Positions 9,754-19,568 of a stretch of 64,000 nt of DNA are shown piece after piece (positions within the stretch are counted from its first letter, which is position 1; every line of letters begins with the position of its first letter). This stretch comes from an uncultured delta proteobacterium (GTDB taxonomy: Bacteria; Bdellovibrionota; FAC87; UBA2466), in contig CAVZSV010000004.1 in assembly GCA_963778115.1 (NCBI GenBank), positions 1,120,001 to 1,184,000 on the forward strand, read 5' to 3'. The position numbers and the translations under genes are program-made. The notes below the pieces were generated by a model. It had not been told where the DNA came from. It did no database searches and worked only from the letters and a program-made list of their open reading frames with translations.

Positions 9754-10320
9754 CTAACGCGCGGCTTCAAGGAAAGCATCGGTTGTGACGACAGTGGCTT
9801 GGACCGGGAAGACTTTTTCCGTAAGGACACGATGCACTTCCCCGTCTCGGTCGAAGCAGGCGTCTTTAAGAATGATGCTTTTGAAATCTAAATCGAACGC
9901 ACGCCTAATCGTCGAAAGTACAATTCCGCTCGTTGAAATGCCGAAAAAAACAAGATTCTCGATTCGGCGCGCACGAAGAATCAAATGGAGATCGTTTTCG
10001 GAAAAGGCCCCAACCCGTTGTTTATGGACGATGAGGTCTTCCGGTCGAATGACAGAGCTATCGAATTCGGAGGAAGGAGTTCCTTTTACGAACAGATTAT
10101 TCTGCTTCACTTTCTGAAAAAGAGTTTCCGTGTCGGGAAGTTCTGGATGGCCCTTAGAAAACCCAAGCCCTACGTGGATAATAAGAAATTGCTTTTCTCG
10201 TGCGAACTCAACTGCTTTAGCGGCGTTGGGTAGAATCGATTCAGCCCCGGCAGCCATCCCGATAATCCCCTTTTGAAGATCCAAGGTGAGTAGTGCCGTT
10301 TTCTTCGGATCAAGATTCAT
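9754..10320 (-). CDS. Isochorismatase/cysteine hydrolase family protein
   Basis: TALLTLDLQ, VHKQRVGAF, GISTSGIVLST, ILKDAC. Confidence 0.88.
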   Translation of the reverse strand: MNLDPKKTALLTLDLQKGIIGMAAGAESILPNAAKAVEFAREKQFLIIHVGLGFSKGHPELPDTETLFQKVKQNNLFVKGTPSSEFDSSVIRPEDLIVHKQRVGAFSENDLHLILRARRIENLVFFGISTSGIVLSTIRRAFDLDFKSIILKDACFDRDGEVHRVLTEKVFPVQATVVTTDAFLEAAR

Positions 10321-10487
10321 GTGTCCTCGGCAGTAACCTTACCAGTAAACTCCCTTAAAGGGCCGTAGAGAGCATCGAATCAGAAAACGCGTGAACTTTG
10401 CAGTGGCTACTTAAGTTAGAGTCTGTCGCCCTCCGATGCCTCTTTATCGGAAGGCGACAGAACTTCCCTAGCTCCCAACCCAGAAAT

Positions 10488-10985
10488 TTATTGGGATGTA
10501 ATGCGAAAGGCGCAACGGCGATTCTTCGCCCAGGCTTCTTCGTCGTGGCCGGAATCAATAGGATGATCTTTGCCGAAGCTTTCCACCGCCACTCGCTTAC
10601 CGTGAATGCCGTGAGAGACGAGATAATGCTTAACCGCTTGCGCGCGTTCGTTACCGAGCTTCATATTAAACTCCTCGGAACCTCGCTCGTCGCAATTACC
10701 CTCGGCCTTTATGGTCACCTTTGCGTGGGCCTTTTGTTTAAGCCAACTAACGTTCTTTCGAAGCAGTTTTTTGGCCGTGGAAGATAGCGCGGCACTATTG
10801 TAATCAAAGTGAACTGTCTCAAGATCGTTTTGTTCATCCGTATAGGCGGGAGCCTCAGTTGGGGGTGATGCCGATACCGCTTCAGGCGGCGTTTCTGTCT
10901 TAACGTCTTTCTTTCCGCAAGAGGAAGTGAACATTACAAGACTCAGAGAAGTTATCAGTACGGGGAATCCAATTCTAAATTTCAA
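10488..10985 (-). CDS. pal: Pal/OmpA-family peptidoglycan-associated lipoprotein (copy 1)
   Basis: TTG start after GGAGG; lipoprotein Cys (TSSC); VHFDYNS, EGNCDERGSEEFNMKLGNERA, SFGK, AWAKNRR. Confidence 0.85.
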   Translation of the reverse strand: MKFRIGFPVLITSLSLVMFTSSCGKKDVKTETPPEAVSASPPTEAPAYTDEQNDLETVHFDYNSAALSSTAKKLLRKNVSWLKQKAHAKVTIKAEGNCDERGSEEFNMKLGNERAQAVKHYLVSHGIHGKRVAVESFGKDHPIDSGHDEEAWAKNRRCAFRITSQ

Positions 10986-11059
10986 AGCATAGCCTCCAGT
11001 AAAAAATTTCTCTACGATCGTAACCATTTGCAACTCGAGTTTCGAGATCTTTCCGTTGT

Positions 11060-11113
11060 CTAAGAAAATTTTAATCTCCTCTTCACCTCAAACTTATCCC
11101 GTTTAGATACCGT
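11060..11113 (+). promoter_or_regulatory. OmpR-family tandem direct-repeat box plus -10 (site A)
   Basis: CTAAG-n6-TTAAT-n6-TTCAC-n6-CTTAT-n10-TACCGT upstream of 11170. Confidence 0.65.
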
Positions 11114-11169
11114 TTCTTCAGGATCGCGTCTTAACGACGCGAGAAAAACAAAGATAGAAGGAGAAAGTA

Positions 11170-11370
11170 ATGAAATTAGGCTTAGTAGCGATTGCTTTGG
11201 TGGGGATGTGCTTTGCCCCTAATGTATTTGCGGATACTACGACTAATGCAAAGAGAGTGGCTTTCAAAGAGGCTAAGGCTGAATGTCTAAAAGAAAATGC
11301 CAGCCTGAAAGGAAGCGCGCTACGAAAATGCATCCATGAGAAACGACAGGTTGCCAGTTCCAAAAACTAG
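11170..11370 (+). CDS. Small secreted two-Cys protein (weak PsiF-repeat resemblance)
   Basis: AGGAG RBS, signal peptide ending VFA, C-LKENASLKGSALRK-C. Confidence 0.75.
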   Translation: MKLGLVAIALVGMCFAPNVFADTTTNAKRVAFKEAKAECLKENASLKGSALRKCIHEKRQVASSKN

Positions 11371-11380
11371 TATAGGGCGA

Positions 11381-11417
11381 ACTCCAGGCCCACACTTTGA
11401 TGGGCCTGGGTGTTTTC
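11381..11417 (+). terminator. Probable intrinsic terminator
   Basis: CCAGGCCCA-8nt-TGGGCCTGG hairpin followed by GTGTTTT. Confidence 0.65.
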
Positions 11418-11433
11418 CTATATTTGCGAATTT

Positions 11434-11832
11434 TTAGCGTTTAATCTGGGGAACTTCCGACGCCATCGCCGTACGGCTTAGATTTTCTAGATAATTCACA
11501 ACCGCGTCACGATAGTCGCTATAAGCTTTTGCAATTTCCTCAGTGGCCTTTTCTAAAACCTCCGAAACGGGGTGATAGCGGTAACGATAGAGAGGCCCGG
11601 CCGAACGAGGATGGGCGAGCAGACCATTCATATGCAACGAAAATAGTCGCTTACCCGCCGCGATAATCTCAATCCGTAAATGCTCCTGTACTTCGGCGGC
11701 ACTCCATTCCTTAGTGGAATTAGCGCGCAGCAGGAATAACACCTCGAGATCCTCGGCACTTTGGATACATTCGGCCAAAAATAGCTGTGCCTCCTGGGAA
11801 AACTTCGGAGTCGAATCCATCTTTCGTTCCAT
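11434..11832 (-). CDS. Conserved hypothetical protein, winged-helix-like
   Basis: IQSAEDLEVLFLL...EWS...RL..L...GLL...YRYHP pattern; same strand as and 20 nt downstream of pal copy 2. Confidence 0.6.
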   Translation of the reverse strand: MERKMDSTPKFSQEAQLFLAECIQSAEDLEVLFLLRANSTKEWSAAEVQEHLRIEIIAAGKRLFSLHMNGLLAHPRSAGPLYRYRYHPVSEVLEKATEEIAKAYSDYRDAVVNYLENLSRTAMASEVPQIKR

Positions 11833-11852
11833 AATTCTACTCTTAGCAACAG

Positions 11853-12380
11853 CTAGTTAGATTGGCTTAGATGCGAGGAAACCAGACTCGATTCGGCCCT
11901 ACGATTCTTTGCCCAGGCGGCTTCATCATGGCCATCCGCCACAGGACGCTCGCTTCCGTAACTGATCGTACTTAATCTAGAAGTATCCACCCCAAGATTC
12001 TTAAGGTAGTTCTTTACGGCATTCGCCCGGCGATCTCCCAAAGCGAGATTATATTGCACGGATCCCCTTTCATCGCAGTTTCCCTCGATCTGGATGGAAG
12101 CGGTCGGGTGATCTTTCAACCACACATAGCTCTTTTTGAGAACGTTTCGCGCCTCCTTTGTCAGAGTCGCGGCATCGTACGGAAAGTAAACCGTTTGTAA
12201 GTCGCTTATTTTTCCGGAGCCAAATCCGTTATCATTCGAGGCCACCGCGGTTCCGTCCGCGGGAGTCGCCGAGGCATCCGTCTTGGCCGACTTAGACGAA
12301 CAAGCCGAGAGTCCCAAAAGTAAAAACGTTACGCCACATAATAATGAAGTGATTCTGGGAAAAATAAATTCGCGTTTCAT
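11853..12380 (-). CDS. pal: Peptidoglycan-associated lipoprotein Pal (copy 2)
   Basis: Lipobox LSAC; VYFPYD, IEGNCDERGSVQYNLALGDRRA, ISYGSERP, AWAKNRRA. Confidence 0.9.
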   Translation of the reverse strand: MKREFIFPRITSLLCGVTFLLLGLSACSSKSAKTDASATPADGTAVASNDNGFGSGKISDLQTVYFPYDAATLTKEARNVLKKSYVWLKDHPTASIQIEGNCDERGSVQYNLALGDRRANAVKNYLKNLGVDTSRLSTISYGSERPVADGHDEAAWAKNRRAESSLVSSHLSQSN

Positions 12381-12445
12381 AAAACTCCTTTTGATGAGCG
12401 GGTGAACAATCAGCGATCGCCGAAAATCACGGCCCTACAACTATA

Positions 12446-12499
12446 ATCTTAGCGCGTCGGCCTAAAGTAGGGATGAAAGCGTTATTAAATTTTTCTTAA
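12446..12499 (-). promoter_or_regulatory. OmpR-family tandem direct-repeat box plus -10 (site B)
   Basis: Minus strand TTAAG-n6-TTAAT-n6-TTCAT-n6-TTTAG-n10-TAAGAT upstream of pal copy 2; overlaps the kinase stop codon. Confidence 0.7.
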
Positions 12500-13951
12500 C
12501 TGAACGGTAAAGGAAGCTCCCTTACCCGGTTGGCTATCCACGAGGATGGTCCCTCCGTGGAGATTGCTGATTTTCTTGGCAATTGCCAATCCCAAACCAG
12601 CGCCGGAAATGGTGTTCGATTTTCCAGGCTCGCGCCAAAAGCGATCAAATATGACTGATTTCTCAGTCTCGGTAATTCCATGCCCCTGATCAACAACTCG
12701 GAACAAGAAGAGATCCTTATCCTCTGTCAGATGCACCGTTACCGCACCACCGTCCAAGCTGTACTTGATCGCATTCTCGATCAAATTTTCCATCAGGCAA
12801 CGCAGCAGATCGGCATCGCCTCCCATTTCGAAGTCGATTCGCCCCCGGGGCTGATCGGAGTAGGGTTCGAGGCGCCAACTTAACTTAATCGACCGTTGCT
12901 TGGCTACGTATTGCAATCGCATCACCGCTTCGGAAAGCAACTCGTCAAGTCGTACCGGCTGAAAGGAAATTGTCCCAAGGCCTGCGTCCATTCTAGCCAG
13001 AAGAAGCAGGTTCTCCACCAAGCGAATGAGTTTGGTAACTTCCTGAGAAGCGCTTTTTAGGCCCTCGGCTAGCTCCCTAGGCTGGCCTGGCCCGGCCTGA
13101 AGCAGCTCCAGCTCTCCACGAAGAATGGCGAGTGGTGTTTTTAGTTGATGAGAGGCATCGGCAATAAAACGCTCCTGAGCTGAAAACGATTGTTCTATCC
13201 GATCGAGGAGCTGATTTAGCGTCTTGCCCAATTCCTTAAGCTCGGCATCTCCCTCTCTCACCTCAATACGATCCTTTAGATTACTGACTTCGATCTGGGC
13301 AGTCTTTTGAATCATGGTCACTACAGGAGAAAAGGCCCGACGAGAAGCGATGTAACCCAAGGCACCCGCTACTAGGATCGCACAGGGGATCAGCCCAAAG
13401 AGCATTCGAAGAAACTGAGAGTTACTCTTCTCCAAGAGGGTAAGAGGAGCCGCTATCTGTAAATACATAGGGACCGTGGCTCCCTCGATTCGATAAGAAA
13501 TTAAACGATAGGACTTTCCCAAGCGGTAGATATCTCGAAACGAGACTCCGGTGCGCAGGATCTCCTGTCGATCCTCCGGCGTGAACGGCAGAGGCTGCGC
13601 TCTTTCCAAGTTCTCCGACTGTGCGATAACCTTTCCTTGGGCATCGCTCAATTGACGATAGGTATCGCTGACCAAAAAAAGACGGCGCTTTCGCAGCTCT
13701 AACGGGGGATCAGTCAATATAGGGGAAATATCGGATAGCCGGGCTGGAAGATTACTCGCCACATCGATGGTATGGTTATAAAGGAAGGAATCGAACTCTC
13801 CGAATTGCGTCCGGGTGAAGACTTTAAAAGAGATAAAACTCGTAGCAACTAGGCCAATGCCAAATACAATGCAGAAAAGTACACTGAGCCTAGCCCTGAT
13901 GCTATCAGGGAAAAAAAACTGAAATCGTTTTGTATTAGCCCTCGGCATCAT
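12485..13951 (-). CDS. HAMP-domain sensor histidine kinase (CusS-like)
   Basis: Two TM segments, HAMP, H-box FIADASHQLKTPL, NLIENAIKY, DQGHGI, GAGLGLAI. Confidence 0.93.
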   Translation of the reverse strand: MMPRANTKRFQFFFPDSIRARLSVLFCIVFGIGLVATSFISFKVFTRTQFGEFDSFLYNHTIDVASNLPARLSDISPILTDPPLELRKRRLFLVSDTYRQLSDAQGKVIAQSENLERAQPLPFTPEDRQEILRTGVSFRDIYRLGKSYRLISYRIEGATVPMYLQIAAPLTLLEKSNSQFLRMLFGLIPCAILVAGALGYIASRRAFSPVVTMIQKTAQIEVSNLKDRIEVREGDAELKELGKTLNQLLDRIEQSFSAQERFIADASHQLKTPLAILRGELELLQAGPGQPRELAEGLKSASQEVTKLIRLVENLLLLARMDAGLGTISFQPVRLDELLSEAVMRLQYVAKQRSIKLSWRLEPYSDQPRGRIDFEMGGDADLLRCLMENLIENAIKYSLDGGAVTVHLTEDKDLFLFRVVDQGHGITETEKSVIFDRFWREPGKSNTISGAGLGLAIAKKISNLHGGTILVDSQPGKGASFTVQLRKI

Positions 13952-14624
13952 CGGAGAGTAGATAGCCCACGCCGATCACCGTTTGTATCAGTTTGCGCTT
14001 ACCTTCAATTTCTATTTTTTTTCTAAGCGTATTCACATACACATCGATAACATTGCTCTCACTATCGTAATGCATATCCCAAACACTCTCAGCGATGGTG
14101 GCTCTGCTGACCTGTCTCCCTGCATTTCGCAGCAGAAATTCGAGCAATGAAAACTCTTTTTGAGTCAGCTGAATTTTTTGCCCCGCCCGAGTCACAGAGC
14201 GTGAGATCAGGTTCATTTCAAGATCAGCGACTCTAAGGGTAGTGTTGGTCCCTGCTTTCCCCGCCCCCGAACGCCGGAGAAGCGCTCGTATCCGGGCGCA
14301 TAATTCTTCGAAATCGAAGGGCTTGGCGAGATAGTCGTCGGCTCCCGCATCAAGACCGTGGACACGATCTTTCGTCCCAGAAAGGGCGGTTAACATTAAG
14401 ATAGGCCCTTCGTAACCGTCCGTTCGTAGATGGCGTGCCGTATCGATGCCGTTTTGATCGGGAAGCATGATGTCTAGTACGATGAGATCGTAGCGATTCG
14501 CCGCCGCAAGACTTTCCGCCGCTCCGGCACTCTCCGCTAAATCGACCGCATATCCGGCCTGGGTGAGACCTTTTTTTATATAGCTGGCAAGTTTGCGCTG
14601 GTCCTCTACTACCAGTAGCCTCAT
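13935..14624 (-). CDS. OmpR/PhoB-family response regulator
   Basis: MRLLVVED after GGAGG, LDIMLP, GADDYLAKPF, SNVIDVYV, IQTVIGVGY. Confidence 0.95.
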   Translation of the reverse strand: MRLLVVEDQRKLASYIKKGLTQAGYAVDLAESAGAAESLAAANRYDLIVLDIMLPDQNGIDTARHLRTDGYEGPILMLTALSGTKDRVHGLDAGADDYLAKPFDFEELCARIRALLRRSGAGKAGTNTTLRVADLEMNLISRSVTRAGQKIQLTQKEFSLLEFLLRNAGRQVSRATIAESVWDMHYDSESNVIDVYVNTLRKKIEIEGKRKLIQTVIGVGYLLSDDAEG

Positions 14625-14682
14625 GTCCGCCTCCGGCACCTTCAAATCCCAATGACTCCGCATCCTATCTCACCTCTCGTTT

Positions 14683-14736
14683 AGGGTAAATGACGTAGCT
14701 AAAATGCGGATGAGAGGAAGATTAGAATTTCCTAAC
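14683..14736 (-). promoter_or_regulatory. OmpR-family tandem direct-repeat box plus -10 (site C, probable autoregulation)
   Basis: Minus strand GTTAG-n6-CTAAT-n6-CTCAT-n6-TTTAG-n10-TACCCT upstream of the response regulator. Confidence 0.7.
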
Positions 14737-14833
14737 TCCAGGGGTAAGCATTCAATCGCATGGCGCACAAAGACAATAAGTCGGGAAGAGATCTTTTCCT
14801 GCGATACCCGTTTTTTCCGCCGAAAGGCGGCAC

Positions 14834-15946
14834 CTATTTGGGGCGGGCCTTGAGGATTAGGTTTAGCAGCGAGCCAAATTGTTTAGAGGGATCTTTGATG
14901 CCAGCAGGATTGGAATCGGTATCGGCCCTGTGGACGATAACGAGGTCGTATTTGGGAATCACGACGATATAGTGGCCCCCGAATCCTCTTGCAGAGAAAG
15001 AACCGGACGGAAGTTCGACATGGGGGAAGTGTTTACCGTTGTGCTCAACCCACCATAAATAACCATAGGCCCCCCGATCGCCTGCCATCGAAATCGGTCG
15101 CAAAGAATCGGCAACCCAATTAGCAGGGATGATCTGTTTTCCCCGCCATCCCCCCTTATTTAGGTAAAGCAGCCCAAATCGAGCCAGATCCACGGAACTC
15201 ATTCTAAAATGGTAGGCTGGGTGTTTTGATTCCGGCACATATCGGTATTCACACTCTTCCACGCGAAAACTTCGCATCTGCAGGGGGATAGCAATTTCAT
15301 CGCGAAAAGCTTCGAAAATATCTTTCCCAGTCTCCTGTCGAAAGATAGTTCCAAGCACATTGAAATCCCAGTTATTGTAGTACCAATAAGTGTTAGGAGC
15401 GTGGCTTGATCTCTCAGGTCTACGATTCCTCATCGAACCGGTCTCGGAGCTCGCCACATGGTAAACGCCGGAGCGTGCGGTGAGTAAGTCCCACACCCGG
15501 GCCGTCTTCTCTGGTAAAGAGAGAGAGGGAGATAAATCATCCACTCCGAGATCTTCAAGGGTTCGCTCCAGTGGGATCTCTCCTTGAGCCACGTGAATGC
15601 CATAAAGTGCTGAGAGAAAACTCTTTCTGATGGAGTGCACCCGATATCGGGTCTGAATGTTGCCCCACGAATAGATAATCCTCCCCCGTTCGACGATTAG
15701 AAAGTTTGCGGAGCCTATCGATTCCGCAAATCGCGCGGCTTTCGCTAAATTCTCGGAGGACCACCCGGCCGTAATGGGATCAACTCTATCCCATCGTTCC
15801 CCCGGAAAAGTGGATTTCACATTAGCGCCGCAACCAGATACGGAATTATCCGTGGGTGAATTTCCGGGGAGGGCAAAGGCAACAGGCCCGCGAAGCACGA
15901 GAAAAGCCCACAAATACAGAGCCCGTCTTACATACCTTTTTCTCAT
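14834..15946 (-). CDS. Secreted serine hydrolase, beta-lactamase fold (AmpC/6-aminohexanoate-dimer hydrolase-like)
   Basis: Signal peptide, SxxK (SIRK), YxN (YNN), DLARFGLLYL, YGYLWW, ARGFGG. Confidence 0.88.
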   Translation of the reverse strand: MRKRYVRRALYLWAFLVLRGPVAFALPGNSPTDNSVSGCGANVKSTFPGERWDRVDPITAGWSSENLAKAARFAESIGSANFLIVERGRIIYSWGNIQTRYRVHSIRKSFLSALYGIHVAQGEIPLERTLEDLGVDDLSPSLSLPEKTARVWDLLTARSGVYHVASSETGSMRNRRPERSSHAPNTYWYYNNWDFNVLGTIFRQETGKDIFEAFRDEIAIPLQMRSFRVEECEYRYVPESKHPAYHFRMSSVDLARFGLLYLNKGGWRGKQIIPANWVADSLRPISMAGDRGAYGYLWWVEHNGKHFPHVELPSGSFSARGFGGHYIVVIPKYDLVIVHRADTDSNPAGIKDPSKQFGSLLNLILKARPK

Positions 15947-16408
15947 CTAAAGATCCAAGGCCATGAACACACTACTAGGGTCAATCTTGTAGTCACCGAA
16001 TGGCTCGCAATACTTGAATCCATTGGATTCATATAGTCGTCTCGCCGGCAAAAATCCCTTTTGCGAGCCGGTTTCCAAACTAAGGCGATTCCATTTGCGT
16101 TTGCGAGCCTCCTCGATCAAGTGAAAGAGCATTCGTTTCCCTAATCCCTCTCCACGCCGACTTTGAACAGTATGCATCGCCTTAATTTCACCATGCTCGG
16201 GAGTAATCATTTTCAAAGCTCCACAGCCAATCAGCGCACCAGAATCAAATAGACTCCAAACGGTTATGCTCGAAGCTCGTAATCCCTCAATGAGAAGGGC
16301 ATGTGAGCTCTCCGGTGCAGAGTGCTCGAGCATCAAAGCCTTGTGAGAATTTACCACTTCGATTAAGGCCGGAGAGCTAAGATCTGCGAGTTCAATGGAG
16401 ATAGCCAT
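15947..16408 (-). CDS. GNAT family N-acetyltransferase
   Basis: GCGALK, GEIKAMHT, RGEGLG, LSLETG, ARRLYESNGF. Confidence 0.9.
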   Translation of the reverse strand: MAISIELADLSSPALIEVVNSHKALMLEHSAPESSHALLIEGLRASSITVWSLFDSGALIGCGALKMITPEHGEIKAMHTVQSRRGEGLGKRMLFHLIEEARKRKWNRLSLETGSQKGFLPARRLYESNGFKYCEPFGDYKIDPSSVFMALDL

Positions 16409-16416
16409 GCTGATTC

Positions 16417-17448
16417 CTACTCAAACGTTTCCCATTGGTCCATGGTTTTGTCTATCCATGCCAAACACAAAGGGATAAACGCATTCCCGCCTTCACGATT
16501 CTCCAGGAACTCACAGTGGTTTACCATATCGACGTACATGGATATCTTCTTCCAATGCTCCGGTAACGTCCCCCCGTTTTCTCGAAACCCCCGAATAAAG
16601 GAGTTTTCGAAGGAAGCAGACAGGTGGCCAATGTCTCGGAGCATATTTCCCATATCCATCACACTGGATCCAGAGTGTGCCCACTCCCAATCGATCAGCC
16701 CGGTTATTTTCCAACAGCCTTGATCCTTTGCCATAAGAACATTACTGCGATTGAAATCTCCGTGAACGAGACTACTGTTAGCGGCAATTTCCTGTATGAA
16801 GTGTTGGTTATCAAATATAAATCGTTTTACTCGCTCCGAACGATCGCTACCCAATCTAGAGGAGACTTTCGTACTCTCTAAACTTTTTAAGATGAAAGCG
16901 GAATAACCGTCGATACTATCATTACCCCAGGTCCAAGGTATTACTTCCAGGCCAGACGCAAAACGACCCGCCCTGGGGAACTTTACTTTTGACACCTCTG
17001 CAAGGATTCGGCCTGCAAGTTCAGGCAATTCATCGGGATTGATAGGCTGAGCCCTCAGGGCTTCCCCCATGGTAGTTCCCCTGACAAATTTGATAATCGC
17101 GTAGGGGTACGCTACTCGTAGAAGGCTTGAATCCACATAGATAAATTCCGGCATCGGCAGAAAGCCATGGACATGTTGATAGAGATCACGTTCGAGATTA
17201 ACCGCATTCTTGTCTCTAACGTAGATACGAAGGACAAATTCATCACTAAACCCATCGACGGAAAATCGGTAATTCGTATTACATAAACCATCAGAGAGAA
17301 GCTTAGTCCCCTCGATCCTACGAGCCCCGAAAATGGGGCTGATGTATTGCTCGAAGGCTTGTGAATCTAAAACTACGAGGGGAAACCTTCGTGGCTCGCT
17401 AGCTTTTGTTGGAACGTTCCTCACGGATACCCCCGTCAACTCTTCCAA
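16417..17448 (-). CDS. Aminoglycoside phosphotransferase (APH)-family kinase
   Basis: GLCNTNY, VLRIY, LVHGDFNRSNVL, GLIDWE. Confidence 0.85.
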   Translation of the reverse strand: MEELTGVSVRNVPTKASEPRRFPLVVLDSQAFEQYISPIFGARRIEGTKLLSDGLCNTNYRFSVDGFSDEFVLRIYVRDKNAVNLERDLYQHVHGFLPMPEFIYVDSSLLRVAYPYAIIKFVRGTTMGEALRAQPINPDELPELAGRILAEVSKVKFPRAGRFASGLEVIPWTWGNDSIDGYSAFILKSLESTKVSSRLGSDRSERVKRFIFDNQHFIQEIAANSSLVHGDFNRSNVLMAKDQGCWKITGLIDWEWAHSGSSVMDMGNMLRDIGHLSASFENSFIRGFRENGGTLPEHWKKISMYVDMVNHCEFLENREGGNAFIPLCLAWIDKTMDQWETFE

Positions 17449-17924
17449 ATTCGATCGAGATCTTTCGCATAGAAAAGAATAGCTCGCTTGAAGTGTGAAA
17501 TCTCAATGTCGCTAGTGGTTTCAGCGAGAACGGTCAGTAAGCTACCGACAGCTTCTTTAGCATGTCCATTATTGTAAAGCGCCATCGCGAGGAAGACTCG
17601 AAGCGAGTTCTTGCTCGGAAATTGAGCTACTGCCTTCTCTAAAATATTTTGAGCTCCCTCATACCGGCCCAATCCTCGAAGGGTACTCCCAAGTCCCAGA
17701 TAAGCGCCGGCCAGATCGTCTCCTTTCAATCCGCACTGAATGGCTCGCTCATAGAAACTAGCGGCTGCTTGCTCAAACCCCATGGCATCGTGGGTCCAAG
17801 CACACTGATAAAGAAAATCGGGACTAGAGGGATCCTCGGAGACCAACTGGAGGAGGATTTCTCTGGAAGTTTCTTTATCGCCCTCTGTCCTAAGGCGAAT
17901 AGCCTCTTTAAGTCGTTCGTTCAT
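17436..17924 (-). CDS. Tetratricopeptide repeat protein
   Basis: AWTHDAMG.E..A..FYERA, YLGLGSTLRGLGRY, FLAMALYN, RAILFYA. Confidence 0.85.
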   Translation of the reverse strand: MNERLKEAIRLRTEGDKETSREILLQLVSEDPSSPDFLYQCAWTHDAMGFEQAAASFYERAIQCGLKGDDLAGAYLGLGSTLRGLGRYEGAQNILEKAVAQFPSKNSLRVFLAMALYNNGHAKEAVGSLLTVLAETTSDIEISHFKRAILFYAKDLDRIWKS

Positions 17925-18007
17925 GGTCCCGTTCTAGCACGGAGATTTGACTCGGAAAACCTATCCGCACTATCCTCGAACAACCGAGGCAGATCAAGGA
18001 GATAGCT

Positions 18008-18930
18008 ATGAGTGGCAACGATCGAGAGCTTAAGCCTCATTCAGCCGAATTCTTTGGAGAATATAGAGACTTTTGGTGGAATGGAGACTTTCTGGAGTTG
18101 ATGGCGAAGCGGCTTTCGCTGGGAAGCGCTAGAAACATTTAGACGTGGGGTGCGGAGTGGGACACTGGGGTCAGCTGCTGGCCCCCTTATTTTCGGAAAA
18201 TGCCCGAGTGACAGGGGTCGACCGAGAAAAGGAGTGGATCGGTAAAGCCGCCGAAAGAGCCGAAGCGATGGGGCTGGCAAGTCGGTACCACTACCAAAAA
18301 GGCGATGCGACAGCTTTGCCCTTCGCTGATAACACTTTCGATTTGGTGACGTGCCAAACCGTTCTCATTCATTTGAAGGAGCCCAAAATGGGCCTACGCG
18401 AAATGTTGCGGGTGCTCAAACCACAAGGCCTTCTGCTCCTCGCCGAACCAAATAATTTCAGTAATCGCGCTATAGGAAGTAGTCTTACCGAACAACTCTC
18501 CATCGATGCGGTGATGGATCGTTTACGATTTGGACTGCTGATAGAGCGAGGGAAACAGGCTTTGGGATTGGGTTTTAATTCAGTAGGCGATTTGATCCCC
18601 GGCTATGTGGCGCAATTGGGTGGGGAAAATATTCGAGTCTACCTTTCCGACAAGGCAGTACCTTTTTTTCCGCCCTATTCCAGCAAGGAACAACGGATCA
18701 ATATCGAGCAAATTCGAGATTGGGCGAAGCGAAAGTTCATCGGCTGGGATCGCGACGAAGTGCTTAGTTACTTTATCGCGGGAGGGGGGCAGAAAAAGGA
18801 ATTCGATCGCTACTACGACCAAATGCTCAAAGACGGTGAGGAAGCGATCCAAGCGATGGATAAGGGTACTTATCATACCGGCGGCGGTGCCCTCACCTAC
18901 TTGATCGCGGCACAAAAGCCGAAAGGGTAA
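18008..18930 (+). pseudogene. Class I SAM-dependent methyltransferase with a 1-nt deletion at about 18138
   Basis: ATG 18008 gives MSGNDRELKPHSAEFFGEYRDFWWN...ARNI then TAG. One extra T in CATTTAGAC restores ILDVGCGVGHW in frame with ORF 18145-18930 (GDATALPF, FDLVTCQ, RVLKP). Confidence 0.85.
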
Positions 18931-18965
18931 AATGATATGATTAGTTCCTATTGCGAAAGGAAACC

Positions 18966-19559
18966 ATGAGGTCAATCTACTTTCTTATATTCTTGGCGGC
19001 ACTAGGGGTCTCAGAAGCACCCGCGGTAACTTTGGGTTCCTTTGGTTGTTCGGTCTACTCGGAGGGAAGAGGCAGGGATCCTAGATATGGAGCCAAAGGA
19101 TCCATTAGTAGCTGCGGACAATGCTACGCCGGAGCGACAGATCAACCCCTAGATCCGAATACGCAGAAAGCAACCACTTCGGTAATTTGCGGAGGTAACA
19201 GCCAGATATCGACTGTAGAACTCGCTCGAACCAATTGTCAGAATGGATGCCAGACTAAATGTGCTGAGGTTTGCGCGAAAAGCAATACCGTCTGTCCCCA
19301 GGTTCCCATGGGGCTTTCCGGAACGGATGACCGCAGTTTGAGAAATGTTGTTGCTAGCGAAGCCAGGAAAATTTGTGCCAAGAGCCGCATTACCACACCT
19401 TCAGGAACCCAATCTTGTGACTTACGCCCGACACCAAGCGGAAAAGGAATCGTCTGTGTTAACGTGCACGGCGGTTATCAGTGCAGCGGGACATTCCAGT
19501 GTCACGCGGACGGAGAAACCCCTGCTGGAGGACCGTCCACGGCAAGTCACGCGAAGTAA
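18966..19559 (+). CDS. Secreted cysteine-rich orphan protein (14 Cys)
   Basis: AAGGA RBS, signal peptide, CxxxCxxxCxxxC run. Confidence 0.75.
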   Translation: MRSIYFLIFLAALGVSEAPAVTLGSFGCSVYSEGRGRDPRYGAKGSISSCGQCYAGATDQPLDPNTQKATTSVICGGNSQISTVELARTNCQNGCQTKCAEVCAKSNTVCPQVPMGLSGTDDRSLRNVVASEARKICAKSRITTPSGTQSCDLRPTPSGKGIVCVNVHGGYQCSGTFQCHADGETPAGGPSTASHAK

Positions 19560-19568
19560 GATCTTTCT

